A DNA stretch of 27,919 nt from IMG/VR virus record IMGVR_UViG_3300027969_002758, positions 1 to 27,919 of that record. One strand, 5' to 3'. Positions 25,379 to 27,919 of this stretch are shown piece by piece; position 1 is the stretch's first letter; each line of letters begins with the position of its first letter. The stretch is from a virus (lineage: Duplodnaviria; Caudoviricetes). A model generated the notes under the pieces. The model saw only the letters and a program-made list of their open reading frames with translations, had not been told where the DNA came from and made no database searches. The translations under genes and the position numbers were made by a program.

Positions 25379-26015
25379 TCACTATTAAGTGTTTAAACAC
25401 CTTTTTGGACAGTCGATTCAACAACGGATTGTTGTAAAAATGTAACACATAGCTATGTAGGGCAGGACTAATGAACATGTCATGCTTTTTCATTTTACTT
25501 AATACAGTTAATTTGGTCATGTATCTTGTTATTCGAGTAACGGGCATGGCTCTTAATAATTCAATAGCAATACTAAATGCATAGGCATCGAGCTCGTCTG
25601 GGTCTGCAAGATACTTGCTATACGGATGGGTTGCATGATCACTAAACGTTTGGTGATATCTTGATCTGCTCTGTTGTTGATGTCGTAGTTCGTGTACTAC
25701 TGCGTCGAAAATTTGAATAAGAAATTCAGTAGTGTGGATTTGTTTAAATTGCTCGTCGCTGTTAAAATTATGATACACTATTACTTCAATAGGAGTTTCA
25801 TTTTGACGATCATTTTCGGGATCATAAAACGCTATAATGTAAAAATGACTATCGTCTAATAGATTATCTTTTTTGATTTTTATACTAAGATCAATATCTT
25901 GTATTCTAAATTCTCGCCTTGTGTTGCTAACAAGTTTTTTAAAAGACATCGACGAAGTATTTTTTTCTCGAACACGTTCGCATACTTTTCTAACACGTTC
26001 AAGAACTGAATTCAT
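25353..26015 (-). CDS. HExxH zincin-like protein (probable paralog of 20420..21145)
   Basis: VVHELRHQQQ...YLADPDELDAYAFSIAIEL. Confidence 0.75.
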   Translation of the reverse strand: MNSVLERVRKVCERVREKNTSSMSFKKLVSNTRREFRIQDIDLSIKIKKDNLLDDSHFYIIAFYDPENDRQNETPIEVIVYHNFNSDEQFKQIHTTEFLIQIFDAVVHELRHQQQSRSRYHQTFSDHATHPYSKYLADPDELDAYAFSIAIELLRAMPVTRITRYMTKLTVLSKMKKHDMFISPALHSYVLHFYNNPLLNRLSKKVFKHLIVIDTRQIFQ

Positions 26016-26017
26016 AA

Positions 26018-26239
26018 TTACATCCTATACGTAATTCTACCCTTGGTTAAATCATACGGTGACATTTCGATTCTAACTTTGTCACCTAAGATAACTTTAA
26101 TTTTATTTTTTTTAAGTCTGCCGCCCATATAGCATAATACTATTTGTGCCATATTATCTACCTTAACTCTAAATGTTGAGTTAGGTAACACTTCCTCTAT
26201 TGCGCCTGTAAGTTCTAATAAATCTTCTTTTTTAGCCAT
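26018..26239 (-). CDS. infA: Translation initiation factor IF-1
   Basis: MAKKEDLLELTG..EVLPNSTFRV...IKVILGDKVRIEMSPYDLTKGRITYR. Confidence 0.95.
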   Translation of the reverse strand: MAKKEDLLELTGAIEEVLPNSTFRVKVDNMAQIVLCYMGGRLKKNKIKVILGDKVRIEMSPYDLTKGRITYRM

Positions 26240-26411
26240 TGTTTTGTTTACTAATAATCATTGCACCGTTCTCCACAGTGATATTCATTATGTCACCTTC
26301 TTTCCAACCCTGTGCTTCACAAATTTCCGGAGGAATTTTCATTATAACATTATCCGGATCTCCGGGGATATCTTCAAAAATATCATCAGCATTAAATGTA
26401 AGTTTTTCCAT
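26232..26411 (-). CDS. AbrB/MazE-like small DNA-binding protein
   Basis: IMKIPPEICEAQGWKEGDIMNITVENGAMIIS. ATG at 26411 after a GAGG RBS. Confidence 0.7.
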   Translation of the reverse strand: MEKLTFNADDIFEDIPGDPDNVIMKIPPEICEAQGWKEGDIMNITVENGAMIISKQNNG

Positions 26412-26412
26412 G

Positions 26413-26967
26413 TTATTCCTCATCTTTATATTTAACAACAAGCCAGCCTAAAGTGTATAAATCATTTTCAATTTCTTCAGTTACTACACTTTCTGGCACG
26501 TAGTCTCGGCCATCGGGATCTGGAGTAGGTTCGTACCCGTCTAAACCGAAACCAGATTCTTTATTACCAATGCCGCTACAGTACCAATCAATGTAGTCGC
26601 CTTTTTCTTGCATGTCAGAAATTATGCCACCGCTATGTCTCCAACTACACGACCACCGTTGATCTTTTAATACTGGCCACATCTCACGTTTGATAAAATC
26701 ATTGTTACACATAGCGGCATATAAATTTTGAGCATAGTTATCGTTATTGCGAACTTTCTCTAAAATCCAATCAGTACTGCGGAGGTCGTACTCCATGTTA
26801 TCTTTTTGCCAAGCGGGATCGTGAATCTTGTTAGCTTCATCAATCTTGATCTGATCCCACATATCAATGTAGGCTTGATTCGGCTCTTCTCCCTTTTCTT
26901 TTGCTCGCCGGATTGCTCCTTCTTTTTGAAAGGTATTACGTTCGAGACTTTTTGATATTTTGCTCAT
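26413..26967 (-). CDS. Phage hypothetical protein
   Basis: 184-aa ORF directly behind a perfect sigma70 promoter. Confidence 0.8.
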   Translation of the reverse strand: MSKISKSLERNTFQKEGAIRRAKEKGEEPNQAYIDMWDQIKIDEANKIHDPAWQKDNMEYDLRSTDWILEKVRNNDNYAQNLYAAMCNNDFIKREMWPVLKDQRWSCSWRHSGGIISDMQEKGDYIDWYCSGIGNKESGFGLDGYEPTPDPDGRDYVPESVVTEEIENDLYTLGWLVVKYKDEE

Positions 26968-26972
26968 AAGTT

Positions 26973-27001
26973 ATTATACAGTAATTAACTGAGTGTGTCA
27001 A
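26973..27001 (-). promoter_or_regulatory. Consensus sigma70 promoter
   Basis: TTGACA-17 nt-TATAAT, exact; the ATG is only 5 nt downstream. Confidence 0.9.
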
Positions 27002-27037
27002 ATATTTTAGGCGAATATGGTTAAGATAAATATCTAT

Positions 27038-27778
27038 ATGTTAGCAGTTTCTAAAAATTCCCTCATTGTTTATCACGTCCTTGCCCACCTCGTTCTTGCC
27101 TACGGTATCTATATTGGCAGTATTGAAAATTGGATCATTGCATTTGTAATATATCTTATATTTGCCACCATGGGTGGCACAGTAACATATCATAGATTAC
27201 TAAGTCATAAATCATTTGACTCCCCTAAGTGGTTTGAATACCTTGGCACTATTGTTGCATCCTTGGGAGGAAATGGATCAAGTATAGGCTGGGTTGCCAT
27301 TCATAGAGAACATCATAGATTTACAGATACAGGCAAAGATCCACATAGTCCACATCATGTTAGTATATTACGTATACAATTTGCCAGTATGCTTGATCAT
27401 CCTAAAATTAAATATGTTCCAGATTTACTGCGTTCTAAGTTTCATACATGGATGCATAAAAATTATTGGGCAGTAAACTTTATATATTTGGTTGCAGTCT
27501 ACAGTCTATTTGGTGTCGACGGCGTAGTATTTGGATACTTTGTTCCTACATTGATGGTGTGGCATGCCGGTAGTGCTATTAATACAGTAAATCATCTATC
27601 CGGATATCGAAATTACGATACTAAAGAAAAGAGTACAAATAACTTTTTTACTGGTATATTAGTGTCCGGGGAAGGATGGCATAACAATCATCACGCACAT
27701 CCTGCAGATGCAAGATTTGGACATAAGTGGTGGGAATTTGATTTAGGGTGGCAACTAATTAAATTAGTCAGGAAATAA
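27038..27778 (+). CDS. Membrane fatty acid (delta-9 type) desaturase
   Basis: His boxes YHRLLSH, HREHH and GEGWHNNHH, plus DPHSP and hydrophobic helices. Start is either 27017 or 27038, the latter 5 nt after GATAAATA. Confidence 0.92.
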   Translation: MLAVSKNSLIVYHVLAHLVLAYGIYIGSIENWIIAFVIYLIFATMGGTVTYHRLLSHKSFDSPKWFEYLGTIVASLGGNGSSIGWVAIHREHHRFTDTGKDPHSPHHVSILRIQFASMLDHPKIKYVPDLLRSKFHTWMHKNYWAVNFIYLVAVYSLFGVDGVVFGYFVPTLMVWHAGSAINTVNHLSGYRNYDTKEKSTNNFFTGILVSGEGWHNNHHAHPADARFGHKWWEFDLGWQLIKLVRK

Positions 27779-27804
27779 AAAAACGGCCGTTAAGGCCGTT
27801 TTTT
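27778..27804. terminator. Bidirectional intrinsic terminator between convergent genes
   Basis: AAAAAACGGCC-GTTAA-GGCCGTTTTTT. Confidence 0.85.
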
Positions 27805-27919
27805 ATACTGGACCCACTTCTTTAGTATGGGTCACGCTATTTGATGCCATATGTGCTGGCCAATGTGTTTCAAGATAAGTGATGTCATTTATAAACTTTG
27901 CTCTCCAGGCTTGTTGGCT
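27803..27919 (-). CDS. 3' end of a gene entering from the right (partial)
   Basis: Open frame SQQAWRAKFINDITYLETHWPAHMASNSVTHTKEVGPV*, ending at the terminator. Confidence 0.55.
   Translation of the reverse strand, partial: SQQAWRAKFINDITYLETHWPAHMASNSVTHTKEVGPV

Noticed and set aside
9774-27476. Remaining short overlapping or antisense ORFs in the track (e.g. 9774..10094, 16740..17135, 17627..18223, 23897..24163, 27294..27476)
   Set aside because: They overlap stronger, motif-bearing genes in other frames and lack their own initiation signals.

Overview
27.9-kb segment of a large T4-like (myovirus/jumbo-type) bacteriophage genome, almost entirely minus-strand. The left third encodes virion fibre/baseplate proteins: a collagen-repeat protein running off the window and a 2571-aa protein, both starting with a T4 gp9/gp10-type N-terminal motif. 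The rest is an accessory region of host-like genes (erpA, uvsE, queD-like, GT2 glycosyltransferase, PlcP/LpxH-like phosphoesterase, YccA/BI-1, ATP-dependent DNA ligase, clpP, infA, fatty acid desaturase) among phage hypotheticals. These are driven by near-consensus sigma70 promoters and T4-late-like (TA)TAAATA boxes. Best leads: (1) a Pho-box-like TGTAAT-N5-TGTAAT-N11-TAAATA promoter found twice, heading a PlcP + small ORF + glycosyltransferase unit and an Ala/Val/Glu-rich protein, suggesting phage-driven phospholipid-to-glycolipid remodelling; (2) a preQ1-I-like pseudoknot in the queD leader (candidate variant riboswitch); (3) phycobiliprotein-like C-x-R-D domains inside the giant virion protein; (4) two candidate programmed frameshifts in adjacent genes; (5) a T4-style hairpin that hides an RBS/start codon with a late promoter in its loop. 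All family calls come from motif recognition; no database search was run.
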